Shown here: positions 25,824 through 40,500 of the stretch, one piece after another
Layout: each line of letters begins with the position of its first letter
Position numbering within the stretch: the stretch's first letter is position 1
Source: Eledone cirrhosa
Lineage: Eukaryota
Assembly: GCA_964016885.1 (NCBI GenBank)
Contig: OZ024745.1
Span: forward strand, 22,692,001-22,756,000
DNA length: 64,000 bases
Direction of reading: 5' to 3'
Position numbers and translations under genes: made by a program
The notes under the pieces: model-generated
Seen by the model: the letters and a program-made list of their open reading frames with translations, nothing else
What the model was told of the DNA's origin: nothing
Databases searched by the model: none

Positions 25824-25870
25824 TGCTCCGATGATATCAGACATCCCTCTGGAAGAAACAATTGTCAGCA
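25824..25870 (+). ncRNA. Degenerate type I hammerhead (CCGATGA core)
   Basis: TGCT-CCGATGA-..CAGA..TCTG..-GAAA-CAATTG-TC-AGCA, then AATAAA; palindromic stem III, GUC site. Confidence 0.75.
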
Positions 25871-26001
25871 AATAAATGTATTAAATTGATAATTATAAAC
25901 CTACTTTCAAAATCAAAGTTAACAAGATGTGGTGTCGTTCGTGTCTTTCCTAGTGCTATTAGTAGTATTTAGGGTCGACTTCTGGTCATTATTTGAAAGG
26001 C

Positions 26002-26091
26002 TCCTTTCATCCTTACGGGGTCGATAAAATAAAGTACCAGTAATGTACTGGGTAATTGATGGCCTTGTGCCAAATGTAGAAACAATTATTT
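26002..26091 (+). mobile_element. SINE family 2, 3' fragment
   Basis: CCTTTCATCCTTACGGGGTCGATAAAATAAAGTACCAG. Confidence 0.85.
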
Positions 26092-26429
26092 GAAAGTCTC
26101 TGGATTTCGCAAAATACATGATATATTTTTCCACAAAAATTTGATTGCACTGTTTTGTTTCCACATATGTATTTTTCAAAAATGTTATTTATTCATTATA
26201 AAAGTTAAATGATACCATTCTATATGTAGGTGGGCCCCCTTCATCTGACAACCAATATTTTTAGACCTAGTCCGCCACTGTATAGTGATATACAGGGATT
26301 GACTGAGAAGATGGACTGTCCATCTTACCGTTGTTTACTTTCCATTGCATAGTTTGCTTTTTTTCATACATAGAGTTCTACCCTGATTTGTGGTTTACCC
26401 GATCTCGGCACAGTAGATCTTATACAATC

Positions 26430-26493
<64 letters not shown>

Positions 26494-26820
26494 TATATGT
26501 GTGTGTATTGTACTTTCCTTCAGAATATAATATTGTATTCCATACAAACTAACTCTAGGGTAAATTTACACGTGAGCAATAATTACAGGAAAGTTAATAT
26601 AAAATTCTACAACATACCGGCTTTATTTCTATTACATATGCGAATGGTAAATCAAAGCAAAGGAAAACTTAAAGTAATAAAACTCACTTTTAATAAATTT
26701 GAATAATTCAATAACGATTTATTTTAATAAACTATACGAGTGCTTACGCGCGCACACACACATACACAGACACACACATAAATGTGAACTATGAGTAACT
26801 GAACGTTAAACATTAAGCAA

Positions 26821-26876
<56 letters not shown>

Positions 26877-26950
26877 ATAAAAACAGTTCTAGCCCTGTAG
26901 GGGCATTTTCTATATTAACCATGATATATATATATGTATATATGTATATA

Positions 26951-27013
<63 letters not shown>

Positions 27014-27164
27014 ATACTTTGGGAGGGTCATGTTGCCAATAAGAAACACACGCACCAGTTGTTTTCACTTCAATTTAATTTATTATATATTTATAAATTT
27101 ACAAATTTATAAATTTCTGGTTGGTTGGTTGGTTCCACAACCAGATAGTTGTTTATATATATAT

Positions 27165-27209
27165 AGTCATAGTTCTTTCGTCACACACTCTGTGACCTCT
27201 TCAGTGACT
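27165..27209 (-). ncRNA. Type I hammerhead ribozyme (family A)
   Basis: Identical to 13023-13067. Confidence 0.85.
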
Positions 27210-27522
27210 GGGGATTTCTTTCTTCGTTTCTGTCCCTTTCCTTTCTTCTATCCTACGCCATTTTGTTTGTGTGTGGGTTGCGTGCTCAGTTTGCGCATGC
27301 GCCACATCCGGGTGTCTGTGTGTGTTTGTGTTCATTTTTCTATTTTTCTATTTATATTTTTCTATTTGTTTGTTTATTTATTTATTTATTTATTTATTGT
27401 TGGTTGGTTGTTTGTTCTATGTGTGTGTGTGTTTTCATTTTGACTTGTGTGTGTTTTCATTTTGTGTGTGTTTTCAATTGTAAGTTGTTTGTTCTATGTG
27501 TGTGTGTGTTTTCATTTTGTCC

Positions 27523-27831
27523 TTAATTGTAAGTTGTGATGTTGCTGTTCCACTCATATTTTCTATTTAATTTTGGTTTTAATTCTTTTATGCTTACTGC
27601 CTCTGTAATTTGCCTAAACATTGCGTCTTTCTTGTGTGTGGATTCTATTTTTATTTCTATGCTCTCTAATTTACCCCTGTGTTCTATCTTAGCATGTTGG
27701 TAGAGCACAGATGATTCTTTATTATCTTGGAGGTCTCGCCAGTGTTCATTTATTCGTTCCCCTATACTACGAGCTGTCTCACCTATGTACACTATATTTT
27801 TGTTTCGACATTGTCCTTCAGTACATCTTAT
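27523..27831 (-). pseudogene. GIY-YIG endonuclease C-terminal fragment
   Basis: YIGETARSIGERINEH..RQITEA..LNRKYEW. Confidence 0.9.
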
Positions 27832-27892
27832 GCGTACTTACTGTGGTTACCCCCAATTGAACCCGAGATAAACTTATACAAATTCAGAAACG

Positions 27893-27990
<98 letters not shown>

Positions 27991-28038
27991 TAAATTATAT
28001 ATATACATATATATATTAAATTATTTATTTATTTATTT

Positions 28039-28233
28039 ATTTAATATAGAAAGGATTCTACAGGACTATAACTGTTTCATTCGGGAGTAATCACCAGGAA
28101 GCGCTTCCTGGAGATTTCTCCCGAATGAAAAAGCTCTGGTCCTGTAGAATCCTTTCTACATTAAATATTTATACTCTGCCTTGTATTGAGTACCGTACTT
28201 ACTGTGGTTACCCCCAATTGAACCCGAGATAAA

Positions 28234-28239
<6 letters not shown>
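28039..28239 (+). mobile_element. 128-bp palindromic fold-back plus tail, in TA-rich repeats
   Basis: 28039-28166 symmetric about 28102/28103 (CCAGGAAGC|GCTTCCTGG). Confidence 0.85.
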
Positions 28240-28331
<92 letters not shown>

Positions 28332-28427
28332 TAGTTGCTTAGTGTATATCGTTCAGTTTCTATTTCACCGTTTTAAGCACTCAATACACATATCATGTGG
28401 TTCAGCTACTAATATAGGACTCATCGT

Positions 28428-28521
28428 TGTGTTCCTTATTTGGACACAAGGTCAACAGTTTTGGTGGAGGGGAAAGTCAGTTAAATCGACCCCAGTGCCT
28501 TACTGGTACTTCCTTTTATTG
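28428..28521 (-). mobile_element. SINE family 2, 3' fragment cut off by the satellite
   Basis: AAATCGACCCCAGTGCCTTACTGGTACTT on +. Confidence 0.75.
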
Positions 28522-28539
28522 TGTTCTACTAGTTTATTA

Positions 28540-31500
28540 TACTAGAGTTATATTGTTGTAGCTAGTCCATACTGTTTCTATACTAGAGTTATATCGTGTT
28601 TTAGCTATTCCAGACTGTTTCTATACTAGAGTTATATTGTGTTGTAGCTAGTCCAGACTGTTTCTATGCTAGAGTTATATTGTTGTAGCTAGTCCAGACT
28701 GTTTCTATACTAGAGTTATATTGTTGTAGCTATTCCAGACTGTTTCTATGCTAGAGTTATATTGTTGTAGCTAGTCCAGACTGTTTCTATACTAGAGTTA
28801 TATTGTTGTAGCTAGTCCAGACTGTTTCTATACTAGAGTTATATTGTTGTAGCTAGTCCATACTGTTTCTATACTAGAGTTATATTGTTGTAGCTAGTCC
28901 AGACTGTTTCTATACTAGAGTTATATTGTAGCTATTCCAGACTGTTTCTATGCTAGAGTTATATTGTTGTAGCTAGTCCAGACTGTTTCTATACTATAGT
29001 TATATTGTGTTTTAGCTATTCCAGACTGTTTCTATGCCAGAGTTATATTGTTGTAGCTAGTCCAGACTGTTTCTATACTAGAGTTATATTGTTGTAGCTA
29101 GTCCAGACTGTTTCTATACTAGAGTTATGTTGTGTTTTAGCTATTCTAGATTGTTTCTATACTAGAGTTATATTGTTGTAGCTATTCCAGACTGTTTCTA
29201 TACTAGAGTTATATTGTGTTCTGGCTATTCCAGACTGTTTCTATGCTAGAGTTATATTGTTGTAGCTAGTCCAGACTGTTTCTATACTAGAGTTATATTG
29301 TTGTAGCTAGTCCAGACTGTTTCTATACTAGAGTTATATTGTTGTAGCTATTCCAGACTGTTTCTATGCTAGAGTTATATTGTTGTAGCTAGTCCAGACT
29401 GTTTCTATACTCGAGTTATATTGTTGTAGCTAGTCCAGACTGTTTCTATGCTAGAGTTATATTGTGTTGTAGCTATTCCAGACTGTTTCTTTGCTAGAGT
29501 TATATTGTTGTAGCTAGTCCAGACGGTATCTATGCTGGAGTTATATTGTTGTAGCTAGTCCAGACGGTTTCTATACTAGAGTTATATTGTTGTAGCTAGT
29601 CCAGACTGTTTCTATGCTAGAGTTATATTGTGTTGTAACTATTCCAGACTGTTTCTTTGCTAGAGTTATATTGTGTTGTAGCTATTCCAGACTGTTTCTA
29701 TACTAGAGTTATATTGTGTTGTAGCTATTCCAGACTGTTTCTATGCTAGAGTTATATTGTTGTAGCTATTCCAGACTGTTTCTATACTATAGTTATGTTG
29801 TTGTAGCTAGTCCAGACTGTTTCTATGCTAGAGTTATATTGTTGTAGCTAGTCCAGACTGTTTCTATACTAGAGTGATATTGTGTTCTAGCTATTCCAGA
29901 CTGTTTCTATGCTAGAGTTATATTGTGTTGTAGCTATTCCAGACTGTTTCTACGCTAGAGTTATATTGTGCTGTAGCTAGTCCAGACTGTTTCTATACTA
30001 GAGTTATATTGTTGTAGCTAGTACAGACTGTTTCTATGCTAGAGTTATATTGTTGTAGCTAGTCCAGACTGTTTCTATACTAGAGTTATATTGTTGTAGC
30101 TAGTCCAGACTGTTTCTATACTAGAGTTATATTTTTGTAGCTAGTCCAGACTGTTTCTATACTATAGTTATATTGTTGTAGCTAGTCCAGACTGTTTCTA
30201 TACTAGAGTTATATTGTTGTAGCTAGTCCAGACTGTTTCTATACTAGAGTTATATTGTTGTAGCTATTCCAGACTGTTTCTATGCTAGAGTTATATTGTT
30301 GTAGCTAGTCCAGACTGTTTCTATACTAGAGTTATATTGTTGTAGCTAGTCCAGACTGTTTCTATACTAGAGATATATTGTTGTAGCTAGTCCAGACAGT
30401 TTCTATACTAGAGTTATATTGTGTTGTAGCTATTCCAGACTGTTTCTTTGCTAGAGTTATATTGTGCTGTAGCTATTCCAGACTGTTTCTTTGCTAGAGT
30501 TATATTGTTGTAGCTAGTCCAGACTGTTTCTATGCTAGAGTTATATTGTGTTGTAGCTATTCCAGACTGTTTCTTTGCTAGAGTTATATTGTGTTGTAGC
30601 TATTCCAGACTGTTTCTATACTAGAGTTATATTGTGTTATAGCTATCCCAGACTGTTTCTATGCTAGAGTTATATTGTTGTAGCTATTCCAGACTGTTTC
30701 TATACTATAGTTATGTTGTTGTAGCTAGTCCAGACTGTTTCTATGCTAGAGTTATATTGTTGTAGCTAGTCCAGACTGTTTCTATACTAGAGTTATATTG
30801 TGTTCTAGCTATTCCAGACTGTTTCTATGCTAGAGTTATATTGTGTTGTAGCTATTCCAGACTGTTTCTACGCTAGAGTTATATTGTGTTGTAGCTAGTC
30901 CAGACTGTTTCTATGCTAGAGTTATATTGTCGTAGCTAGTACAGACTGTTTCTATGCTAGAGTTATATTGTTGTAGCTAGTCCAGACTGTTTCTATACTA
31001 GAGTTATATTGTTGTAGCTAGTCCAGACTGTTTCTATACTAGAGTTATATTTTTGTAGCTAGTCCAGACTGTTTCTATACTAGAGTTATATTGTTGTAGC
31101 TATGCCAGACTGTTTCTATGCTAGAGTTATATTGTGTTTTAGCTAGTCCAGACTGTTTCTATGCTAGAGTTATATTGTGTTGTAGCTAGTCCAGACTGTT
31201 TCTATGCTAGAGTTATATTGTGTTGTAGCTAGTCCAGACTGTTTCTATACTATAGTTATATTGTTGTAGCTAGTCAGACTGTTTCTATACTAGAGTTATA
31301 TTGTTGTAGCTAGTCCAGACTGTTTCTATGCTAGAGTTATATTGTTGTAGCTATTCCAGACTGTTTCTATACTATAGTTATATTGTTGTAGCTATTCCAG
31401 ACTGTTTCTATACTATAGTTATATTGTTGTAGCTAGTCCAGAGTGTTTCTATACTAGAGTTATATTGTGTTGTAGCTAGTCCAGACTGTTTCTATACTAG

Positions 31501-34500
31501 AGTTATATTGTTGTAGCTAGTCCAGACTGTTTCTATACTAGAGTTATATTGTTGTAGCTATTCCAGACTGTTTCTATGCTAGAGTTATATTGTTGTAGCT
31601 AGTCCAGACGGTTTCTATACTAGAGTTATATTGTTGTAGCTAGTCCAGACTGTTTCTATGCTAGAGTTATATTGTGTTGTAGCTATTCCAGACTGTTTCT
31701 ATGCTAGAGTTATATTGTGTTGTAGCTATTCCAGACTGTTTCTATACTAGATTTATATTGTGTTGTAGCTATTCCAGACTGTTTCTATGCTAGATTTATA
31801 TTGTTGTAGCTATTCCAGACTGTTTCTATACTATAGTTATATTGTTGTAGCTAGTCCAGACTGTTTCTATGCTAGAGTTATATTGTTGCAGCTAGTCCAG
31901 ACTGTTTCTATACTAGAGTTATATTGTGTTCTAGCTATTCCAGACTGTTTCTATGCTAGAGTTATATCGTGTTGTAGCTATTCCAGACTGTTTCTATACT
32001 AGAGTTATATTGTTGTAGCTAGTCCAGACTGTTTCTATGCTCGAGCTATATGGTAGTAGCTAGTCCAGACTGTTTCTATGCTAGAGTTATGTTGTTGTAG
32101 CTATTCCAGACTGTTTCTATACTAGAGTTATATTGTGTTGTAGCTATTCCAGGCTGTTTCTATACTAGAGTTATATTGTTGTAGCTATTCCAGACTGTTT
32201 CTATGCTAGAGTTATATTGTTGTAGCTATTCCAGACTGTTTCTATACTAGAGTTATATTGTGTTGTAGCTAGTCCAGACTGTTTCTATACTAGAGTTATA
32301 TTGTGTTGTAGCTAGTCCAGACTGTTTCTATGCTAGAGTTATATTGTTGTAGCTAGTCCAGACTGTTTCTATACTAGAGTTATATTGTGTTCTAGCTAGT
32401 CCAGACTGTTTCTATGCTAGAGTTATATTGTGTTGTAGCTATTCCAGACTGTTTCTATGCTAGAGTTATATTGTGTTGTAGCTAGTCCAGACTGTTTCTA
32501 TGCTAGAGTTATATTGTGTTGTAGCTTGTCCAGACTGTTTCTATGCTAGAGTTATATTGTTGTAGCTAGTCCAGACTGTTTCTATACTAGAGTTATATTG
32601 TGTTCTAGCTAGTCCAGACTGTTTCTATACTAGAGTTATATTGTTGTAGCTATTCCAGACTGATTCTATGCTAGAGTTATATTGTAGTAGCTAGTCCAGA
32701 CTGTTTCTATACTAGAGTTATATTGTTGTAGCTAGTCCAGACTGTTTCTATACTAGAGTTATATTGTTGTAGCTATTCCAGACTGTTTCTATACTAGAGT
32801 TATATTGTGTTCTGGCTATCCCAGACTGTTTCTATGCTAGAGTTATATTGTTGTAGCTAGTCCAGACTGTTTCTATACTAGAGTTATATTGTTGTAGCTA
32901 TTCCAGACTGTTTCTATACTAGAGTTATATTGTGTTCTGGCTATTCCAGACTGTTTCTATACTAGAGTTATATTGTTGTAGCTAGTCCAGACTGTTTCTA
33001 TACTAGAGTTATATTGTTGTAGCTATTCCAGACTGTTTCTATGCTAGAGTTATATTGTTGTAGCTATTCCAGACTGTTTCTATACTAGAGTTATATTGTT
33101 GTAGCTAGTCCAGACTGTTTCTATACTAGAGATATATTGTTGTAGCTAGTCCAGACTATTTCTATACTAGAGTTATATTGTGTTGTAGCTATTCCAGACT
33201 GTTTCTTTGCTAGAGTTATATTGTGCTGTAGCTATTCCAGACTGTTTCTATGCTAGAGTTATATTGTTGTAGCTAGTCCAGACTGTTTCTATGCTAGAGT
33301 TATATTGTGTTGTAGCTATTCCAGACTGTTTCTTTGCTAGAGTTATATTGTGTTGTAGCTATTCCAGACTGTTTCTATACTAGAGTTATATTGTGTTATA
33401 GCTATCCCAGACTGTTTCTATGCTAGAGTTATATTGTTGTAGCTAGTCCAGACTGTTTCTATACTAGAGTTATATTGTGTTCTAGCTATTCCAGACTGTT
33501 TCTATGCTAGAGTTATATTGTGTTGTAGCTATTCCAGACTGTTTCTACGCTAGAGTTATATTGTGTTGTAGCTAGTCCAGACTGTTTCTATGCTAGAGTT
33601 ATATTGTCGTAGCTAGTACAGACTGTTTCTATGCTAGAGTTATATTGTTGTAGCTAGTCCAGACTGTTTCTATACTAGAGTTATATTTTTGTAGCTAGTC
33701 CAGACTGTTTCTATACTAGAGTTATATTGTTGTAGCTATGCCAGACTGTTTCTATGCTAGAGTTATATTGTGTTTTAGCTAGTCCAGACTGTTTCTATGC
33801 TAGAGTTATATTGTGTTGTAGCTAGTCCAGACTGTTTCTATGCTAGAGTTATATTGTGTTGTAGCTAGTCCAGACTGTTTCTATACTATAGTTATATTGT
33901 TGTAGCTAGTCAGACTGTTTCTATACTAGAGTTATATTGTTTTAGCTAGTCCAGACTGTTTCTATGCTAGAGTTATATTGTTGTAGCTATTCCAGACTGT
34001 TTCTATACTATAGTTATATTGTTGTAGCTATTCCAGACTGTTTCTATACTATAGTTATATTGTTGTAGCTAGTCCAGAGTGTTTCTATACTAGAGTTATA
34101 TTGTGTTGTAGCTAGTCCAGACTGTTTCTATACTAGAGTTATATTGTTGTAGCTAGTCCAGACTGTTTCTATACTAGAGTTATATTGTTGTAGCTATTCC
34201 AGACTGTTTCTATGCTAGAGTTATATTGTTGTAGCTAGTCCAGACGGTTTCTATACTAGAGTTATATTGTTGTAGCTAGTCCAGACTGTTTCTATGCTAG
34301 AGTTATATTGTGTTGTAGCTATTCCAGACTGTTTCTATGCTAGAGTTATATTGTGTTGTAGCTATTCCAGACTGTTTCTATACTAGATTTATATTGTGTT
34401 GTAGCTATTCCAGACTGTTTCTATGCTAGATTTATATTGTTGTAGCTATTCCAGACTGTTTCTATACTATAGTTATATTGTTGTAGCTAGTCCAGACTGT

Positions 34501-37500
34501 TTCTATGCTAGAGTTATATTGTTGCAGCTAGTCCAGACTGTTTCTATACTAGAGTTATATTGTGTTCTAGCTATTCCAGACTGTTTCTATGCTAGAGTTA
34601 TATCGTGTTGTAGCTATTCCAGACTGTTTCTATACTAGAGTTATATTGTTGTAGCTAGTCCAGACTGTTTCTATGCTAGAGCTATATGGTAGTAGCTAGT
34701 CCAGACTGTTTCTATGCTAGAGTTATGTTGTTGTAGCTATTCCAGACTGTTTCTATACTAGAGTTATATTGTGTTGTAGCTATTCCAGGCTGTTTCTATA
34801 CTAGAGTTATATTGTTGTAGCTATTCCAGACTGTTTCTATGCTAGAGTTATATTGTTGTAGCTATTCCAGACTGTTTCTATGCTAGAGTTATATTGTGTT
34901 GTAGCTATTCCAGACTGTTTCTATGCTAGAGTTATATTGTGTTGTAGCTAGTCCAGACTGTTTCTATGCTAGAGTTATATTGTGTTGTAGCTATTCCAGA
35001 CTGTTTCTATACTAGAGTTATATTGTAGTAGCTATTCCAGACTGTTTCTATGCCAGAGTTATATTGTTGTAGCTATTCCAGACTGTTTCTATACTAGAGT
35101 TATATTGTTGTAGCTAGTCCAGACTGTTTCTATGCTAGAGTTATATTGTGTTGTAGCTATTCCAGACTGTTTCTTTGCTAGAGTTATATTGTGTTGTAGC
35201 TATTCCAGACTGTTTCTATACTAGAGTTATATTGTGTTATAGCTATCCCAGACTGTTTCTATGCTAGAGTTATATTGTTGTAGCTATTCCAGACTGTTTC
35301 TATACTATAGTTATGTTGTTGTAGCTAGTCCAGACTGTTTCTATGCTAGAGTTATATTGTTGTAGCTAGTCCAGACTGTTTCTATACTAGAGTTATATTG
35401 TGTTCTAGCTATTCCAGACTGTTTCTATGCTAGAGTTATATTGTGTTGTAGCTATTCCAGACTGTTTCTACGCTAGAGTTATATTGTGTTGTAGCTAGTC
35501 CAGACTGTTTCTATGCTAGAGTTATATTGTCGTAGATAGTACAGACTGTTTCTATGCTAGAGTTATATTGTTGTAGCTAGTCCAGACTGTTTCTATACTA
35601 GAGTTATATTGTTGTAGCTAGTCCAGACTGTTTCTATACTACAGTTATATTTTTGTAGCTAGTCCAGACTGTTTCTATACTAGAGTTATATTGTTGTAGC
35701 TATGCCAGACTGTTTCTATGCTAGAGTTATATTGTGTTTTAGCTAGTCCAGACTGTTTCTATGCTAGAGTTATATTGTGTTGTAGCTAGTCCAGACTGTT
35801 TCTATGCTAGAGTTATATTGTGTTGTAGCTAGTCCAGACTGTTTCTATACTATAGTTATATTGTTGTAGCTAGTCAGACTGTTTCTATACTAGAGTTATA
35901 TTGTTGTAGCTAGTCCAGACTGTTTCTATGCTAGAGTTATATTGTTGTAACTATTCCAGACTGTTTCTATACTATAGTTATATTGTTGTAGCTATTCCAG
36001 ACTGTTTCTATACTATAGTTATATTGTTGTAGCTAGTCCAGAGTGTTTCTATACTAGAGTTATATTGTGTTGTAGCTAGTCCAGACTGTTTCTATACTAG
36101 AGTTATATTGTTGTAGCTAGTCCAGACTGTTTCTATACTAGAGTTATATTGTTGTAGCTATTCCAGACTGTTTCTATGCTAGAGTTATATTGTTGTAGCT
36201 AGTCCAGACGGTTTCTATACTAGAGTTATATTGTTGTAGCTAGTCCAGACTGTTTCTATGCTAGAGTTATATTGTGTTGTAGCTATTCCAGACTGTTTCT
36301 ATGCTAGAGTTATATTGTGTTGTAGCTATTCCAGACTGTTTCTATACTAGATTTATATTGTGTTGTAGCTATTCCAGACTGTTTCTATGCTAGATTTATA
36401 TTGTTGTAGCTATTCCAGACTGTTTCTATACTATAGTTATATTGTTGTAGCTAGTCCAGACTGTTTCTATGCTAGAGTTATATTGTTGCAGCTAGTCCAG
36501 ACTGTTTCTATACTAGAGTTATATTGTGTTCTAGCTATTCCAGACTGTTTCTATGCTAGAGTTATATCGTGTTGTAGCTATTCCAGACTGTTTCTATACT
36601 AGAGTTATATTGTTGTAGCTAATCCAGACTGTTTCTATGCTAGAGCTATATGGTAGTAGCTAGTCCAGACTGTTTCTATGCTAGAGTTATGTTGTTGTAG
36701 CTATTCCAGTCTGTTTCTATACTAGAGTTATATTGTGTTGTAGCTATTCCAGGCTGTTTCTATACTAGAGTTATATTGTTGTAGCTATTCCAGACTGTTT
36801 CTATGCTAGAGTTATATTGTTGTAGCTATTCCAGACTGTTTCTATGCTAGAGTTATATTGTGTTGTAGCTATTCCAGACTGTTTCTATGCTAGAGTTATA
36901 TTGTGTTGTAGCTAGTCCAGACTGTTTCTATGCTAGAGTTATATTGTGTTGTAGCTTGTCCAGACTGTTTCTATACTAGAGTTATATTGTTGTAGCTATT
37001 CCAGACTGATTCTATGCTAGAGTTATATTGTAGTAGCTAGTCCAGACTGTTTCTATACTAGAGTTATATTGTTGTAGCTAGTCCAGACTGTTTCTATACT
37101 AGAGTTATATTGTTGTAGCTATTCCAGACTGTTTCTATACTAGAGTTATATTGTGTTCTGGCTATCCCAGACTGTTTCTATGCTAGAGTTATATTGTTGT
37201 AGCTAGTCCAGACTGTTTCTATACTAGAGTTATATTGTTGTAGCTATTCCAGACTGTTTCTATACTAGAGTTATATTGTGTTCTGGCTATTCCAGACTGT
37301 TTCTATGCTAGAGTTATATTGTTGTAGCTAGTCCAGACTGTTTCTATACTAGAGTTATATTGTTGTAGCTATTCTAGACTGTTTCTATGCTAGAGTTATA
37401 TTGTTGTAGCTAGTCCAGACGGTTTCTATACTAGAGTTATATCGTTGTAGCTATTCCAGACTGTTTCTATGCTAGAGTTATATTGTTGTAGCTAGTCCAG

Positions 37501-40500
37501 ACTGTTTCTATGCTAGAGTTATATTGTGTTGTAGCTATTCCAGACTGTTTCTATGCTAGAGTTATATTGTTGTAGCTATTCCAAACTGTTTCTATACTAG
37601 AGTTATATTGTTGTAGCTAGTCCACACTGTTTCTATACTAGAGTTATATTGTGTTGTAGCTATTCCAGACTGTTTCTATACTAGAGTTATATTGTTGTAG
37701 CTAGTCCAGACTGTTTCTATACTAGAGTTATATTGTGTTCTAGCTAGTCCACACTGTTTCTATACTAGAGTTATATTGTTGTAGCTAGTCCACACTGTTT
37801 CTATACTAGAGTTATATTGTGTTGTAGCTATTCCAGACTGTTTCTATACTAGAGTTATATTGTTGTAGCTAGTCCAGACTGTTTCTATAATAGAGTTATA
37901 TTGTGTTCTAGCTATTCCAGACTGTTTCTATACTAGAGTTATATTGTTGTAGCTAGTCCACACTGTTTCTATACTAGAGTTATATTGTGTTCTAGCTATT
38001 CCAGACTGTTTCTATACTAGAGTTATATTGTTGTAGCTAGTCCACACTGTTTCTATACTAGAGTTATATTGTGTTTTAGCTATTCCAGACTGTTTCTATA
38101 CTAGAGTTATATTGTTGTAGCTATTCCAGACTGTTTCTATACTAGAGTTATATTGTTGTAGCTAGTCCAGACTGTTTCTATACTAGAGTTATATTGTTGT
38201 AGCTAGTCCAGACTGTCTCTATACTAGAGTTATATTGTTGTAGCTATTCCAGACTATTTCTATGCTAGAGTTATATTGTTGTAGCTATTCCAGACTGTTT
38301 CTATACTAGAGTTATATTGTTGTAGCTAGTCCAGACTGTTTCTATACTAGAGTTATATTGTTGTAGCTATTCCAGACTGTTTCTATACTAGAGTTATATT
38401 GTGTTGTCGCTATTCCAGACTGTTTCTATGCTAGAGTTATATTGTGTTGTGGCTATTCCAGACTGTTTCTATGCTAGAGTTATATTGTGTTGTAGCTAGT
38501 CCAGACTGTTTCTATAGTAGAGTTGTATTGTTGTAGCTATTCCAGACTGTTTCTATGCTAGAGTTATATTGTTGTAGCTAGTCAAGACTGTTTCTATACT
38601 AGAGTTATATTGTGTTGTAGCTAGTCTACACTGTTTCTATACTAGAGTTATATTGTGTTTTAGCTATTCCAGACTGTTTCTATACTAGAGTTATATTGTT
38701 GTAGGTAGTCCAGACTGTTTCTATACTAGAGTTATATTGTTGTAGCTAGTCCAGACTGTTTCTATACTAGAGTTATATTGTTGTAGCTATTCCAGACTAT
38801 TTCTATGCTAGAGTTATATTGTTGTAGCTAGTCCAGACTGTTTCTATACTAGAGTTATATTGTTGTAGCTAGTCCAGACTGTTTCTATACTAGAGTTATA
38901 TTGTTGTAGCTATTCCAGACTGTTTCTATGCTAGAGTTATATTGTTGTAGCTATTCCAGACTGTTTCTATGCTAGAGTTATATTGTGTTTTAGCTAATCC
39001 AGACTGTTTCTATGCTAGAGTTATGTTGTGTTCTAGCTATTCCAGACTGTTTCTATGCTAGAGTTATATTGTGTTTTAGCTATTCCAGACTGTTTCTATG
39101 CTAGAGTTATATTGTGTTCTAGCTAGTCCAGACTGTTTCTATACTATAGTTATATTGTGTTTTAGCTATTCCAGACTGTTTCTATGCTAGAGTTATATTG
39201 TGTTCTAGCTATTCCAGACTGTTTCTATACTAGAGATATATTGTGTTGTACCTAGTCCAGACTGTTTCTATGCTAGAGGTATATTGTGTTGTAGCTAGTC
39301 CAGATTGTTTCTATGCTAGAGTTATATTGTGTTCTAGCTATTCCAGACTGTTTCTATACTAGAGATATATTGTGTTGTAGCTAGTCCAGACTGTTTCTAT
39401 ACTAGAGTTATATTGTGTTGTAGCTAGTCCAGACTGTTTCTATACTATAGTTATATTGTGTTTTAGCTATTCCAGACTGTTTCTATGCTAGAGTTATATT
39501 GTGTTCTAGCTATTCCAGACTGTTTATATACTAGAGATATATTGTGTTGTAGCTAGTCCAGACTGTTTCTATGCTAGAGTTATATTGTATTGTAGCTAGT
39601 CCAGACTGTTTCTATACTAGAATTATATTGTTGTAGCTAGTCCAGACTGTTTCTATTCTAGAGTTATATTGTTGTAGCTATTCCAGACTGTTTCTATGCT
39701 AGAGTTATATTGTTGTAGCTATTCCAGACTGTTTCTATACTAGAGTTATATTGTGTTGTAGCTAGTCCAGTCTGTTTCAATGCTAGAGTTATATTGTAGT
39801 AGCTAGTCCAGACTGTTTCTATACTAGAGTTATATTGTTGTACCTAGTCCAGACTGTTTCTATGCTAGAGTTATATTGTTGTAGCTATTCCAGACTGTTT
39901 CTATGCTAGAGTTATATTGTAGTAGCTAGGCCAGACTGTTTCTATACTAGAGTTATATTGTTGTAGCTAGTCCAGACTGTTTCTATGCTAGAGTTATATT
40001 GTGTTGTAGCTATTCCAGACTGTTTCTTTGCTAGAGTTATATTGTGTTGTAGCTATTCCAGACTGTTTCTATGCTAGAGTTATATTGTTGTAGCTAATCC
40101 AAACTGTTTCTATACTAGAGTTATATTGTGTTGTATCTAGTCCAGACTGTTTCTATGCTAGAGTTATATTGTTGTAGCTATTCCAGACTGTTTCTATGCT
40201 AGAGTTATATTGTAGTAGCTAGGCCAGACTGTTTCTATACTAGAGTTATATTGTTGTAGCTAGTCCAGACTGTTTCTATACTAGAGTTATATTGTGTTCT
40301 AGCTATTCCAGACTGTTTCTATACTAGAGTTATATTGTTGTAGCTAGTCCACACTGTTTCTATATTAGAGTTATATTGTGTTGTAGCTATTCCAGACTGT
40401 TTCTATACTAGAGTTATATTGTTGTAGCTAGTCCAGACTGTTTCTATACTAGAGTTATATTGTTGTAGCTATTCCAGACTATTTCTATGCTAGAGTTATA

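Larger units (their letters stand above)
27008..27833 (-). mobile_element. 5'-truncated PLE, family A
   Basis: Paralog of 12855-13578. Confidence 0.92.

Noticed and set aside
28540-28620. Satellite monomer as a ribozyme (minus-strand GAAACAGTCTG)
   Set aside because: No CTGANGA core and no closing stems
31787-36602. Three identical 71-aa ORFs (MLDLYCC..)
   Set aside because: Chance open frames in the satellite, duplicated by the higher-order repeat
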